Source: Candidatus Jordarchaeia archaeon (GTDB taxonomy: Archaea; Asgardarchaeota; Jordiarchaeia; Jordiarchaeales; Jordiarchaeaceae). From it: 33,566 nt of DNA. Each line of letters begins with the position of its first letter. Position 1 is the stretch's first letter. Below, piece after piece: positions 7,106 to 16,026 of this stretch. The notes under the pieces are model-generated. The model did not search any database, was not told where the DNA came from, and worked only from the letters and a program-made list of their open reading frames with translations. The stretch spans positions 1-33,566 of the forward strand of contig JAHQXB010000088.1 of the NCBI GenBank assembly GCA_029856435.1, in the 5' to 3' direction. Made by a program: the position numbers and the translations under genes.

Positions 7106-7265
7106 TTCGCGGATTTGGGAATCCTTTGGTGGGTTGTGGAGCTTCTCATCACAACACTTCCCCCTTTTGGGAGAATGTGGATGCCGGGCCGGTATAAACG
7201 CCGAAGCATCTCCAAACCATTTTGAGAAAAGCAAATCGCCAAAATAACTTCCCAGAATCTGCGAA
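7106..7265 (+). ncRNA. Candidate structured RNA/element with a long terminal stem
   Basis: TTCGCGGATT-TGGGAA (7106-7121) pairs with TTCCCA-g-AATCTGCGAA (7249-7265); TTTGGTG/CGCCAAA next; inner hairpins GTTGTG/CACAAC and GATGC/GCATC; promoter-like TAAAAACCTTTTTGA at 7084-7098. Confidence 0.35.
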
Positions 7266-7274
7266 ATATCGGTT

Positions 7275-8261
7275 TTAAAGGATCACTTGGTACCTTTTGT
7301 CTTTCTTTTCGAGTAAGCCGTTATCCACCAGCAAGTCTAGGCTTCTTTGAGTAACATCGTTTAGCGAATTAGCTGTTCCCCCTCGAAGATATTTCACAAT
7401 ATCAAAAAGAGTGAAATTTTTGATATCCTTTTCTCTTGCCATATCTATTATTAACTCATAAAGCTGAAGAGACTGGCTATCGAGAACCGCCAAATCTAAA
7501 GGTAGGTTCTCAAATTCCTTAGGGGCTTCATTACCCTTTATGGAAATGATGGGAATGATATTATAAGCTTTAATCTCTTTCAGTATCTCCTTAAATCCTT
7601 CCAATCTGGCGGGATCATAAATTGAATTTAGATCTATATAGTACTCCAAAAATATCATACTAATCTGAGTATTTGTAAAAAGGTCAATGACCTGACCAAA
7701 ATATTTTTTCCATTCCCTTATAAGAATATTTAACCGTTTTTCTGGTTTCAGATTGAGAATTTCTTTACCAAATACCATTTGAAGTTTCTTTAAATTCAGA
7801 ATAGATTCATCCAACTCGTTAAAATTGAAAACCTCATTTAAAAGAACAGCTGAAGAGATAGTTTTCAAATCTCCCAAAAATTCACGTAGAGATGTGTAGG
7901 AGCGAATTTTTTCAAAATCCTGTCTACTGCTCTCCTGTGCTAAATTATAGATGAAAGGCATTAACGAAACTATTACCTCGGTAAACCCCCTGTAGAGCAT
8001 ACGTTTGTCGTCAAAGCGATTAAAATTATCGATCCGAATCCGCATCTTCCTGCCAGTTATATTTACGTCCCATGAAAACTTGAATGGTATTAGCTTAATT
8101 CTGCCGCTTTTCTGTGTTGAAGCACAAACCTTGACTTCGGTTTCATTCTTCAAGGTGGTGCGCGTACAGATTAGGGCAACTCCATCTGGCAAATAGACCC
8201 TCCAATGGAAAGGTACTATTTCAACAAAAATGGAAACAACTATATAAAACTTAAGCACCAC
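7275..8261 (-). CDS. Hypothetical protein, probable C-terminal winged-helix domain
   Basis: 328-aa ORF; C-terminus FTLFDIVKYL..SLDLLVDNGLLEKKDKRYQV resembles wHTH helix plus wing; start uncertain. Confidence 0.65.
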   Translation of the reverse strand: MVLKFYIVVSIFVEIVPFHWRVYLPDGVALICTRTTLKNETEVKVCASTQKSGRIKLIPFKFSWDVNITGRKMRIRIDNFNRFDDKRMLYRGFTEVIVSLMPFIYNLAQESSRQDFEKIRSYTSLREFLGDLKTISSAVLLNEVFNFNELDESILNLKKLQMVFGKEILNLKPEKRLNILIREWKKYFGQVIDLFTNTQISMIFLEYYIDLNSIYDPARLEGFKEILKEIKAYNIIPIISIKGNEAPKEFENLPLDLAVLDSQSLQLYELIIDMAREKDIKNFTLFDIVKYLRGGTANSLNDVTQRSLDLLVDNGLLEKKDKRYQVIL

Positions 8262-8407
8262 CCTTTTAATAATATTAAATTATAATTAAAATAAATAATA
8301 AATTGTTAAATATAAAAAATAAACCTACAAAAACTCGAAAAAGGATTAATAGGCACTAAATAAAATATTACACAAACCTTCTTCGAAAAGAGGGAGTGCT
8401 ATTAGGG

Positions 8408-9046
8408 ATGTCACTAACCGAGAGCCAAAAGAAAGTGTTGGAACGACTAAACAATCAGGTTCAAGACCTAAGCGACCAAATAAAAAAGAAAGATGAAGAA
8501 CTAGAGAAAAAGGAACAAAAAATAGGTGAACTTCAAAAAAAGATAGTCGAGGAAAACAAAGCGAAAGAAGAGCTAAAGACAAAAATAGAGCAGGTAAGTC
8601 GCACCCTAGACGAAAAAATTAAGGAAATAAACAACTTAGAAAACAAAATCCAGGAATTAGAACAAAAAAACAAAGATCTACAAAACAAAATCAAAACACT
8701 AGAAGGAATAAATGAAAAACAAGCACAAGAAATAAGAGCAAAAGAAGCCCTACTCCAAAAAGCCCAAGAAACAATATCTGACAAAGAAGTAAAAATAAAA
8801 GAACTACAAACCCAGCTAATCCATTTCGAGGAGAGAGAAAGAAGGACAAGAAACATCTTCGAAAAAGACCTCAAATACAAAATCTTCTACATACTACGGG
8901 ACTCAGGCAGCAGAAGCTTCGAAGAACTCAGCAAAACACTAGGAATAACCCTAATCCAACTGAAAACATATATTTCAGAACTAAAATCCCACGGACTAAT
9001 CGAAATAAGAGAAGAAAACATAGAGGTAGCCAGAGACTACAAGTAA
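8408..9046 (+). CDS. Long coiled-coil protein with C-terminal winged HTH
   Basis: About 140 aa of K/E/Q-rich heptads, then KYKIFYILRDSGSRSFEELSKTLGIT..LKTYISELKSHGLIEIRE (wHTH). ATG at 8408. Confidence 0.8.
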   Translation: MSLTESQKKVLERLNNQVQDLSDQIKKKDEELEKKEQKIGELQKKIVEENKAKEELKTKIEQVSRTLDEKIKEINNLENKIQELEQKNKDLQNKIKTLEGINEKQAQEIRAKEALLQKAQETISDKEVKIKELQTQLIHFEERERRTRNIFEKDLKYKIFYILRDSGSRSFEELSKTLGITLIQLKTYISELKSHGLIEIREENIEVARDYK

Positions 9047-9204
9047 AAATAAAAATCCAAAAGCCGACCAAAATCACGTTCCCCCCCCCAACACACTATT
9101 TTTTACCCAGACCTCTAGGCAAACAAACCATATCCCTATAGAGAACAAATAGTTCATAAAAAATATTTTAGAACAGTATTCCGAAAGAAAAGGGGAATGA
9201 GAAA

Positions 9205-10038
9205 TTATGTGTAGTATGAATCTATCTGATCTTGACCTGCACGAGTCTCTACAATGCCTTCAGGTTCAGGGGGTAACCTCATCCTCAGCTTCTCAATTTC
9301 CTTTTCCAACTTTTCGCTATAAACATCCAAAGCCCCTGTATCAATATTCAAATCATAATGTGCATTCAAAACCTCAATCAATGCCTTGGAAGAGCGTGGA
9401 TTAAAACTAATACGGGACAGTCCCTCAGCAAGAAGGGAAACTCCCAGCATATCATAGCTAGAGGCCAGTAAGGGCATTACGCCATTTAAACCAGATATTC
9501 TTCCATCCCTTAAAGCAACCACGTTTGGAATACTCTCAAATTTATTTAGTGCCTTCTTACTCGTAGCGGACACATATACCTTAGGATTCCTAACATAATT
9601 GTTGGTTCCAAAACAACCCAGAGAAACTAAATCTTCCACACCCATATCGCTGAATTTTCTCAAAAGCACGTGGGCAATAATATTGCTGCCCAAGGGAGTC
9701 AAAGGTTGAGTATATGAACAAGAGAAGAGAACATCCCTTCCTTTTGGCCTCCTCCACAAATACACCATAACCGAAAAAATATTACCCCAATCTGTAAACA
9801 AGCCATTTTCCACAAAAGCCACCGAAGGCATATCTAAATTCATAACCTCAAACAAAGGCCGCGCTCTTGCTTCAGTCAACATGTGGCGAACAGCAATAAG
9901 TCCTACATTTCCAATGCCTGAAAATCCCTGGATAATTAGTGGTTCTTTGAGGTCTAATTTTTTTAGATCCAAGCCTTTTTTGTATAATTTTACCTTTATT
10001 ATATCTCCTATTTCCCAGTTTATTTCATAATCTTTCAA
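9205..10038 (-). CDS. PAC2 family proteasome assembly chaperone (PbaA/PbaB-like)
   Basis: IIQGFSGIGNVGLIAVRHML, SQPL-like YTQPL, G..LVSLG, GRISGLNGV, PRSSKALIEVL..LNIDT..L motifs. Confidence 0.88.
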   Translation of the reverse strand: MKDYEINWEIGDIIKVKLYKKGLDLKKLDLKEPLIIQGFSGIGNVGLIAVRHMLTEARARPLFEVMNLDMPSVAFVENGLFTDWGNIFSVMVYLWRRPKGRDVLFSCSYTQPLTPLGSNIIAHVLLRKFSDMGVEDLVSLGCFGTNNYVRNPKVYVSATSKKALNKFESIPNVVALRDGRISGLNGVMPLLASSYDMLGVSLLAEGLSRISFNPRSSKALIEVLNAHYDLNIDTGALDVYSEKLEKEIEKLRMRLPPEPEGIVETRAGQDQIDSYYT

Positions 10039-10523
10039 AAGTATACACCATTATTGATTCGCTTTTAGTAAACATTAGACGCAGAGGAAATTTCAATCTT
10101 TCCCTTCCGTCATTCGCTGTAGTGAAGAACCTTTCCATACATTTGTTCTTTCCACTGTTTTTGACAATTAAGGTTGAAGTATGATCTCCGAGAATTCAAG
10201 TATCTCTGCCAATTTTTTGGGGTGAACATCATTAGACGCTTCAATATAGAAGCTTTTCAAATTTATGTGAGTTAAACTAGGCAAGCAGAACTGGGCAGGT
10301 TCCATGGATAAATACCGTGTTCCTTAGTACAATCTCAATTACTTTGCCACCGAATAAAAGTTCTAATAAATAGAACCTGAACAATATCCTATACTATTTG
10401 TAAAATTATATAAAGTGAAGAGAGTGCCGTAGCTGAATAGATTAAATCCATTTTGATCCTCAATTATATGTGTGTAGTTTTGATTTCACATCCTACCTTG
10501 AAAATGTTAATTTGGGATGTTTT

Positions 10524-10590
10524 TCCTTTTCGGCTCCAATGGGCATATTGGGAAAACCATTTCCCCGATGCAAAGAGTGCCGAAAAAGGA
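10524..10590. other. Long imperfect hairpin downstream of cofE
   Basis: TCCTTTTCGGC/GCCGAAAAAGGA outer stem; GCAT/ATGC and GGGAAA-acca-TTTCCC inner stems; may be a 3' UTR or terminator element. Confidence 0.35.
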
Positions 10591-10637
10591 GAAAAGTAAT
10601 AGAATAGATTAAAATTCAATACATGAAAATTAACTAT

Positions 10638-11453
10638 TTAACTGCGGAGTCTTATTCTCTTATCAATATTTACTTTGTTGGGGAAAAGTGTTCCGAAATA
10701 CATGCATTCTTCCTTCGGGATAATCATTTGGGATTCTTCAATGTACTCTTCTGTCATTTCTACTGGTGCGCCCTTTATTATTACGATAGGGTTTTGCTCG
10801 TTTCCCTCGCCCATCAGTATTTCGGCGGCGCATGCTAGATTGTCTGCCACTGCTCTTCTGGTGATCTTTAGGATCTTCCCATAGAGGTCCTTTTTTCCCC
10901 TCTCATCTATCACCGGTTTGAATCCTGCTACACCTATTGCTAGTCCCATATTTCCAAGTCTTAGTGGTTGGGTTCTGCTGTCTGCAATTATTATTCCCAC
11001 CTTGTGCCCTGTTTTTTCTTGTATTTGTCTTTTGATGGTGTGTGCACTCTTTGTGGGATCTTCGGGGAGGAGTATTGCGTACCCGTCGGGGATGTTTGAG
11101 CTGTCTATTCCTGCATTGGCTTGGAGAATGTTGTCTTTTAAGGTGAGTAGCGCTCTGTAAACCCCTCCGAAGACAATTTCGGACTCTCTAAGTACGAGTT
11201 CTACGAATTCTGGTTCCAGTTGCACTTCTTTAGCTATTCTATAGGCTTCCTGCGAGGGTTTAACCTCGCTGAGCTTCACCATTCTTCCCTCTAGACGGGC
11301 AACCACTTTAGATGAGATAACTATTATGTCTCCGGTTTCCAAGGGGATGTTCTGTTTTTCCGCTCCTTCTATAATCTCGGTGGCGAGGTCGTCACCCTGA
11401 ACTAAAATTTTTGTATGCAGGGGGTAGAGCAACATTACCATCCTTTTTTCCAA
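10638..11453 (-). CDS. cofE: Coenzyme F420-0:L-glutamate ligase (CofE / COG1478 family)
   Basis: GDIIVISSKVVARLEG, ANAGIDSSN, IIADSRTQPLRLG..GLAIG, DLYG..L.IT..AVAD.LA.AA..LMGEG.E..P. True start probably one of the ATGs slightly downstream of 11453. Confidence 0.9.
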   Translation of the reverse strand: MEKRMVMLLYPLHTKILVQGDDLATEIIEGAEKQNIPLETGDIIVISSKVVARLEGRMVKLSEVKPSQEAYRIAKEVQLEPEFVELVLRESEIVFGGVYRALLTLKDNILQANAGIDSSNIPDGYAILLPEDPTKSAHTIKRQIQEKTGHKVGIIIADSRTQPLRLGNMGLAIGVAGFKPVIDERGKKDLYGKILKITRRAVADNLACAAEILMGEGNEQNPIVIIKGAPVEMTEEYIEESQMIIPKEECMYFGTLFPNKVNIDKRIRLRS

Positions 11454-11529
11454 CTCCTTTTTTAAAAGGATAAAAATATGGGTGAGTATTAACGTTGTTT
11501 GTTTTCAAATATACTTGGAGGAACTATTT

Positions 11530-12729
11530 ATGGAGGTTGCAAGTTTAGGGAGCCTTAAAATCGGCGAAGGGTTTCCCGTCAGAATTTTCGCAGTTTTAAA
11601 TGTGGGACCAGAGTCCTTTTATAAGGGGTCAATTCGTACTTCACCCAAGGAAATTAAAGATTACGCTGTCAAGTTAATCGAAGAGGGTGCCGACTATATT
11701 GATATAGGGGCAGCGTCAACAGCGCCTCCAGAAATTTATGGCACTCGGCCAGTCTCACAAGAGGAGGAGTTAAGAAGGGTGGTCGAGGCAGTAAAAGCGG
11801 TGCGAGAAGTTACAGATTTTCCTATCTCAATCGACACTCAAAGAGCGAAAGTGGCAGAAGCGGCTCTGAGCAATGGTGCTAATGCCATAAATGATGTCAG
11901 TGGGTTTAAAAGTGATCCTCTTCTCCCCAAGATAGCTGCTGAGTACGATGCCCCAGTAATACTTATGGCAGCCAAGAAAAAACCAGGTGATGCCCAGACC
12001 ATCGACGAGGTCAGAGAATCCCTCAAGAACAGTATCCAAATATCAAAAGAGGCAGGAATAGACCAAAAGAAAATCATCATCGATCCCGGAATTGGTTTTG
12101 GTAAACCCTTCGAATCTGATCTCGCTTTGATAAGAGATTTAACTAGGCTAAAAACTCTCCTGAAACCGATTATGGTGGCTGTTTCTCGAAAATACTTCAT
12201 CGGACGAGTATTAGGTTTGAAGAACCCTGAGGATAGATTAAATGGTTCTCTGGCGGCCACAGCCATAGCGGTTTTTAATGGAGCAAACGCAATTCGAACC
12301 CATGACGTTAAGCAAACCAGAGAAGCAGTTAAAGTAGCCGAAGCAATAGCTAAAACAAATAAAAACTCGGAGACATCCAATTATAAGGCGCTTGAATTAA
12401 ACTTTATCAAAGAACCTAAAGACGGAGAGGAAATAATGGATTCTTTAAATGTAAGTAAGCAGGGAATTCAGCTTATGAAAGAAAAAACAGTTAACCACAA
12501 CATACTTCTGAGTGGCATCACCGCTCCCGCAGCTCTCTCACTCAAACAACATATGTTATCTGTTGGTGGAGATGTGGCTATTCCCAAAGGAGTAATTGAC
12601 TTCGAAGTAAAAAGATGCAATGTTCTACTTATGGGCACAACAAAACAAATTAAAAGAATTATCCCAAAAATAAAAAAGAACTATTTCGGTCTTCCCGAGA
12701 TCGCAGAACTCTTGCTAAATTTGCTATAA
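11530..12729 (+). CDS. folP: Dihydropteroate synthase with a C-terminal accessory domain
   Basis: LNVGPESFY, IDIGAAST, ISIDT, INDVSG, IIDPGIGFGK, SRKYFIG, IRTHDV; extra ~120 aa after the barrel. ATG at 11530. Confidence 0.92.
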   Translation: MEVASLGSLKIGEGFPVRIFAVLNVGPESFYKGSIRTSPKEIKDYAVKLIEEGADYIDIGAASTAPPEIYGTRPVSQEEELRRVVEAVKAVREVTDFPISIDTQRAKVAEAALSNGANAINDVSGFKSDPLLPKIAAEYDAPVILMAAKKKPGDAQTIDEVRESLKNSIQISKEAGIDQKKIIIDPGIGFGKPFESDLALIRDLTRLKTLLKPIMVAVSRKYFIGRVLGLKNPEDRLNGSLAATAIAVFNGANAIRTHDVKQTREAVKVAEAIAKTNKNSETSNYKALELNFIKEPKDGEEIMDSLNVSKQGIQLMKEKTVNHNILLSGITAPAALSLKQHMLSVGGDVAIPKGVIDFEVKRCNVLLMGTTKQIKRIIPKIKKNYFGLPEIAELLLNLL

Positions 12730-12992
12730 ACTGATTCTGGCTCTTTTGTTTTACACGCCAGTTTCTCCAGTTTTTGTGGGAAGACTATTTAACTTTTATT
12801 CCGCCCTGTGGCGCCTTCCGGCCATTTTTTTCAGTAAAGGTTGTATTCCCAATAACCTCTCAAAAGAGAGTAGGAAACGACCCAAATACTGGTAAAACAT
12901 CATTCGGAACATAAAACTACTAATTATTAACTTTTCCAGCTTGCAACCGTTGGCGGGGAAGCCCTCAAGCGCCAGTAAAAGTTGACTATTTT

Positions 12993-13217
12993 TCAACAGC
13001 TTCTCCCAAACAACGTAATCCAGTCTTTATTTAAATTGTTAATTAAACTGTTAAAATCTGGAAAATCGAGTTCCAATGTGGATACTGTGGCAATTTTCTT
13101 TTTAAAATCATCAAATAACTTCTTAACATCTGAGAAGTCCAAAAGGATTAGTTCTCCAGAATTCCCGACAATCTTATCTAATGTGGTGAATAACTCGTTG
13201 ATGCCCTTTTTATTCAT
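12993..13217 (-). pseudogene. Short ORF, possibly a remnant of an FtsZ/tubulin-superfamily gene
   Basis: KGINELFT..GELILLDFSDVKKLF resembles FtsZ KGITELIT.PGLVNLDFADV; EAVEK occurs in another frame just downstream; no GTP-binding N-terminal half is present. Confidence 0.3.
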
Positions 13218-13300
13218 ATTAGGAGTCCCATATTAACATACCTTTTAATAAATTCCTCTCTTATTATGAGAAATACAAAGAACAAAAAATAAACATTTTG

Positions 13301-14650
13301 TCAGAATGTAACTTTTTCTTCGGTCCATAACTCCACCATAGATTTCGGCCATCCAATACTCAAAAGTTTTTTACCCGTATCCTTAGAAACAGCACCCTTC
13401 TCCATTCTCTCATGAACAGTCTCAATTGGAACCAGAAAAGGTCTCTTATCATTCCAATCCCACCCAATAAATAGTTCATCCTCATCGTCGATATAAAGGC
13501 ATGTTGCGCGAAGCTTCTGCCTATGCTTCTCCGTATAATCCTTAACCCAGGCCGGAATATTTAAAGCAGTGAGACTCACCTCACCACCCTTACCCTTAAA
13601 CGTTCCCAGTTCATCGGGCAAAATCACATCAGTAAGATGAGTATGACCATAAACTATTCTCAAATTCTTAGTATCAACAACCTTATTCTTGGAAAACCTT
13701 CTCCACCAGCCGCGGAGACCACTAATAGAAGCCTTACGATTATACCTAGTACCAACAAGCCTATTCCAAACTTTCCTTCCATAAAGATAGAGAACACGCG
13801 GCCCACCCAAAATAGCCCACAGAAAAATAAGAACCCCATTACCCAACACACCAAAAATTGGAAGCAACGTATTCCAAAAACTTGCACTCAAACCTAAAAA
13901 ACTGAGAGGAAGAAACTGCAAAACAGGAAACGCCAGATTCAACAAACCCTGACTCAAGCCAACAGAGCCAAGAGGAAAATACTGCAGAACAACATAATTT
14001 AAAAGAGCCATCGCTATGCCCAGAAAAAGTAAGCCCACAAAAAGGTCACCATACTTACCAAACGCCAGAGCCCCAGAACGAATACCAGGCAAAAGCTTCC
14101 AAGGTTGAAACCTAAAAATCTTATCAAACTGGTAACCATGAACAAACAAGTAACCCCTATCACCCTTCCTAAGAGTCACAACTCTCTTAACCTTACCCCC
14201 CTCCTTCTCCTCCCCTCCTTCTTCATTTTGCACTGGATAACAACCCTCAATAATACTCATAGTATACTCACCCGAAGGATAAACCCCCAAAAGCGGTCTC
14301 AAATCATAGTCATGGTTGCCCAAAAGATAAATTTTCTCACAGTCCAGCTTTTGGAGTAAATCAAAAATCGGCCTACTACAATATTCAATAGCACGATCCG
14401 AAGCATCCCAAAGCTCCAAAATATCCCCAATCAAAAGCACCTTCTCAGGAGGCTTCAAAACCTTCTCCCCCCGATTACCACCCCAAGGCCCCAATTTAAC
14501 ACTACACTTCTCCCCATTCTTCAAACGAATAAGCCAACTCAAAAACTGACCCAACTTCTCAGGCTCACAAACAATACCCTTCTCCTTCCCACCACCAGCA
14601 ACCAAGCCTAAATGACAATCCGAAACAACAATAATACTACCATCACCCAT
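13301..14650 (-). CDS. Calcineurin-like metallophosphoesterase (LpxH-like) with inserted transmembrane segments
   Basis: SDCHLG, GDILELW, GNHD, VHG, YGHTH motifs; hydrophobic block FVGLLFLGIAMALL..LIFLWAILGG between motifs IV and V. Confidence 0.88.
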   Translation of the reverse strand: MGDGSIIVVSDCHLGLVAGGGKEKGIVCEPEKLGQFLSWLIRLKNGEKCSVKLGPWGGNRGEKVLKPPEKVLLIGDILELWDASDRAIEYCSRPIFDLLQKLDCEKIYLLGNHDYDLRPLLGVYPSGEYTMSIIEGCYPVQNEEGGEEKEGGKVKRVVTLRKGDRGYLFVHGYQFDKIFRFQPWKLLPGIRSGALAFGKYGDLFVGLLFLGIAMALLNYVVLQYFPLGSVGLSQGLLNLAFPVLQFLPLSFLGLSASFWNTLLPIFGVLGNGVLIFLWAILGGPRVLYLYGRKVWNRLVGTRYNRKASISGLRGWWRRFSKNKVVDTKNLRIVYGHTHLTDVILPDELGTFKGKGGEVSLTALNIPAWVKDYTEKHRQKLRATCLYIDDEDELFIGWDWNDKRPFLVPIETVHERMEKGAVSKDTGKKLLSIGWPKSMVELWTEEKVTF

Positions 14651-14782
14651 TCACAACACCTCCAACAAAAACAACAAACGAAACTTAACAATAAAACCCA
14701 CAAAACACCATTTAAACTTTCCCAACCCCACAACAACAAGACCAACAAACAAAAATTTCCTAAAAAGGTACAATTAATTCGT

Positions 14783-14927
14783 TGTCGCCTGCTGCGTGTC
14801 ATTTGTTTTTCGGCTTTCATCACCCCTAAGGCGCCCTTTTCTACGTTTTTACCCTGCAGAATAACTCCTAATGGACCTCAATATGGGGACGCAGGACACG
14901 ACCCAAATATACACCCAAAAGGCGACA
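14783..14927. other. Intergenic element with paired ends (possible structured RNA or regulatory element)
   Basis: TGTCGCCT (14783-14790)/AGGCGACA (14920-14927); alternative inner pairings CTGCGT/ACGCAG and CGTGTC/GACACG. Confidence 0.25.
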
Positions 14928-15009
14928 CCTCAGTTAACTGTGCCTCTAAAAAGCCAAAACCTTTTTTACCCAAACCGCAAAAAGTCTATCTACAAAAGGA
15001 GGAAAACAA

Positions 15010-16026
15010 ATGACCATAAAAACACCACTATGCGACATGTTAGGAATAAAACACCCCATAATACAAGCTGCAATGGGGCCCTTCTACACCACAAAACTAT
15101 GCTGCGCCGTAGTAAACGCAGGAGCATTCGGAATAATCTCCCACACCAACCTATTAGGAGTAGACCCAGTAAAAGAAATGGAAAAAAACATAAGATACGT
15201 AATGGAAAACTGCAAAGGAAACTTCGGAGTAAACATCAGAGTCGCAAGAATACAAATCGACGCCCCCGCCCTAATGGAACTAATAGTCAAACTAAGAAAA
15301 GAAGATCCAGAAATAAAAGATAGACTAAAAATGGTAGTAACCTCAGCAGGAAATCCCAAACCCCCTGCACAATTCTTCAAAGAAAAAGACAAAGACCTAC
15401 TGCTCTTCCACGTAGCCCCCACACTATACCACGCCATGAAAGTCGACGGACTCTGCGACGGAATAATATGCACAGGATACGAAGGAGGTGGACACCAAAG
15501 CTACGAAAGAGTAAACACCACCGTACTAGTCACAGAAGCAGCCAGACACTGCAAAAAACCGATAGTTGCATGTGGCGGTTTCTCGGATGGCCGTGGTATT
15601 GCTGCTGCGCTTGCTATGGGTGCTGTGGGTGTTCAGATGGGTACGCGTTTTATTGCTACTAAGGAGTGTGAGTTTCACCAGAACTATAAAGATTTCATTG
15701 TTCGTTCAAGGGATTCTGATACGATGGTTTGCCAGGGTGCTTTTGGTCCGATTCGTCTTTTGAAGAATAAGTATGCTGAGGAGCATGGTGAGATTCTGTC
15801 TAGGGATGAGAAGATGGCTTTGGAGGCGCAGCTTGACCTTGAAGCTATCAGGGAGGACAACAGGAAGTATGCTTTGGTTTACGAGGGTGATATCGATAAT
15901 GGTCCTGTTCTTTGTGGTCAGTCCTGTGGTAACATTGATGATATTCCGACGGTTAAGGAGCTCATTGAACGGATGGTGAAGGAGGCTGAGGCGGAAATCA
16001 GGAAGCTGAACTCCTATTTGAAGTAG
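15010..16026 (+). CDS. Nitronate monooxygenase / FabK-like FMN-dependent oxidoreductase
   Basis: HPIIQAAMG, TSAGNP, EGGGH, ACGGFSDGRGIAAALAMGAVGVQMGTRF, CGQSCGNI.DIPTVKELIE. Confidence 0.92.
   Translation: MTIKTPLCDMLGIKHPIIQAAMGPFYTTKLCCAVVNAGAFGIISHTNLLGVDPVKEMEKNIRYVMENCKGNFGVNIRVARIQIDAPALMELIVKLRKEDPEIKDRLKMVVTSAGNPKPPAQFFKEKDKDLLLFHVAPTLYHAMKVDGLCDGIICTGYEGGGHQSYERVNTTVLVTEAARHCKKPIVACGGFSDGRGIAAALAMGAVGVQMGTRFIATKECEFHQNYKDFIVRSRDSDTMVCQGAFGPIRLLKNKYAEEHGEILSRDEKMALEAQLDLEAIREDNRKYALVYEGDIDNGPVLCGQSCGNIDDIPTVKELIERMVKEAEAEIRKLNSYLK

Noticed and set aside
10050-10310. Two short minus-strand reading frames (45-47 aa) upstream of the PAC2 gene
   Set aside because: No recognisable motif or clear frameshifted homology; it could be a gene relic, but this is unsupported.
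12920-12995. TGT-TGA (Cys-Sec-like) end of the 12993-13217 ORF
   Set aside because: Read-through adds only about 21 aa with no redox motif context, and no SECIS-like hairpin was recognised nearby.
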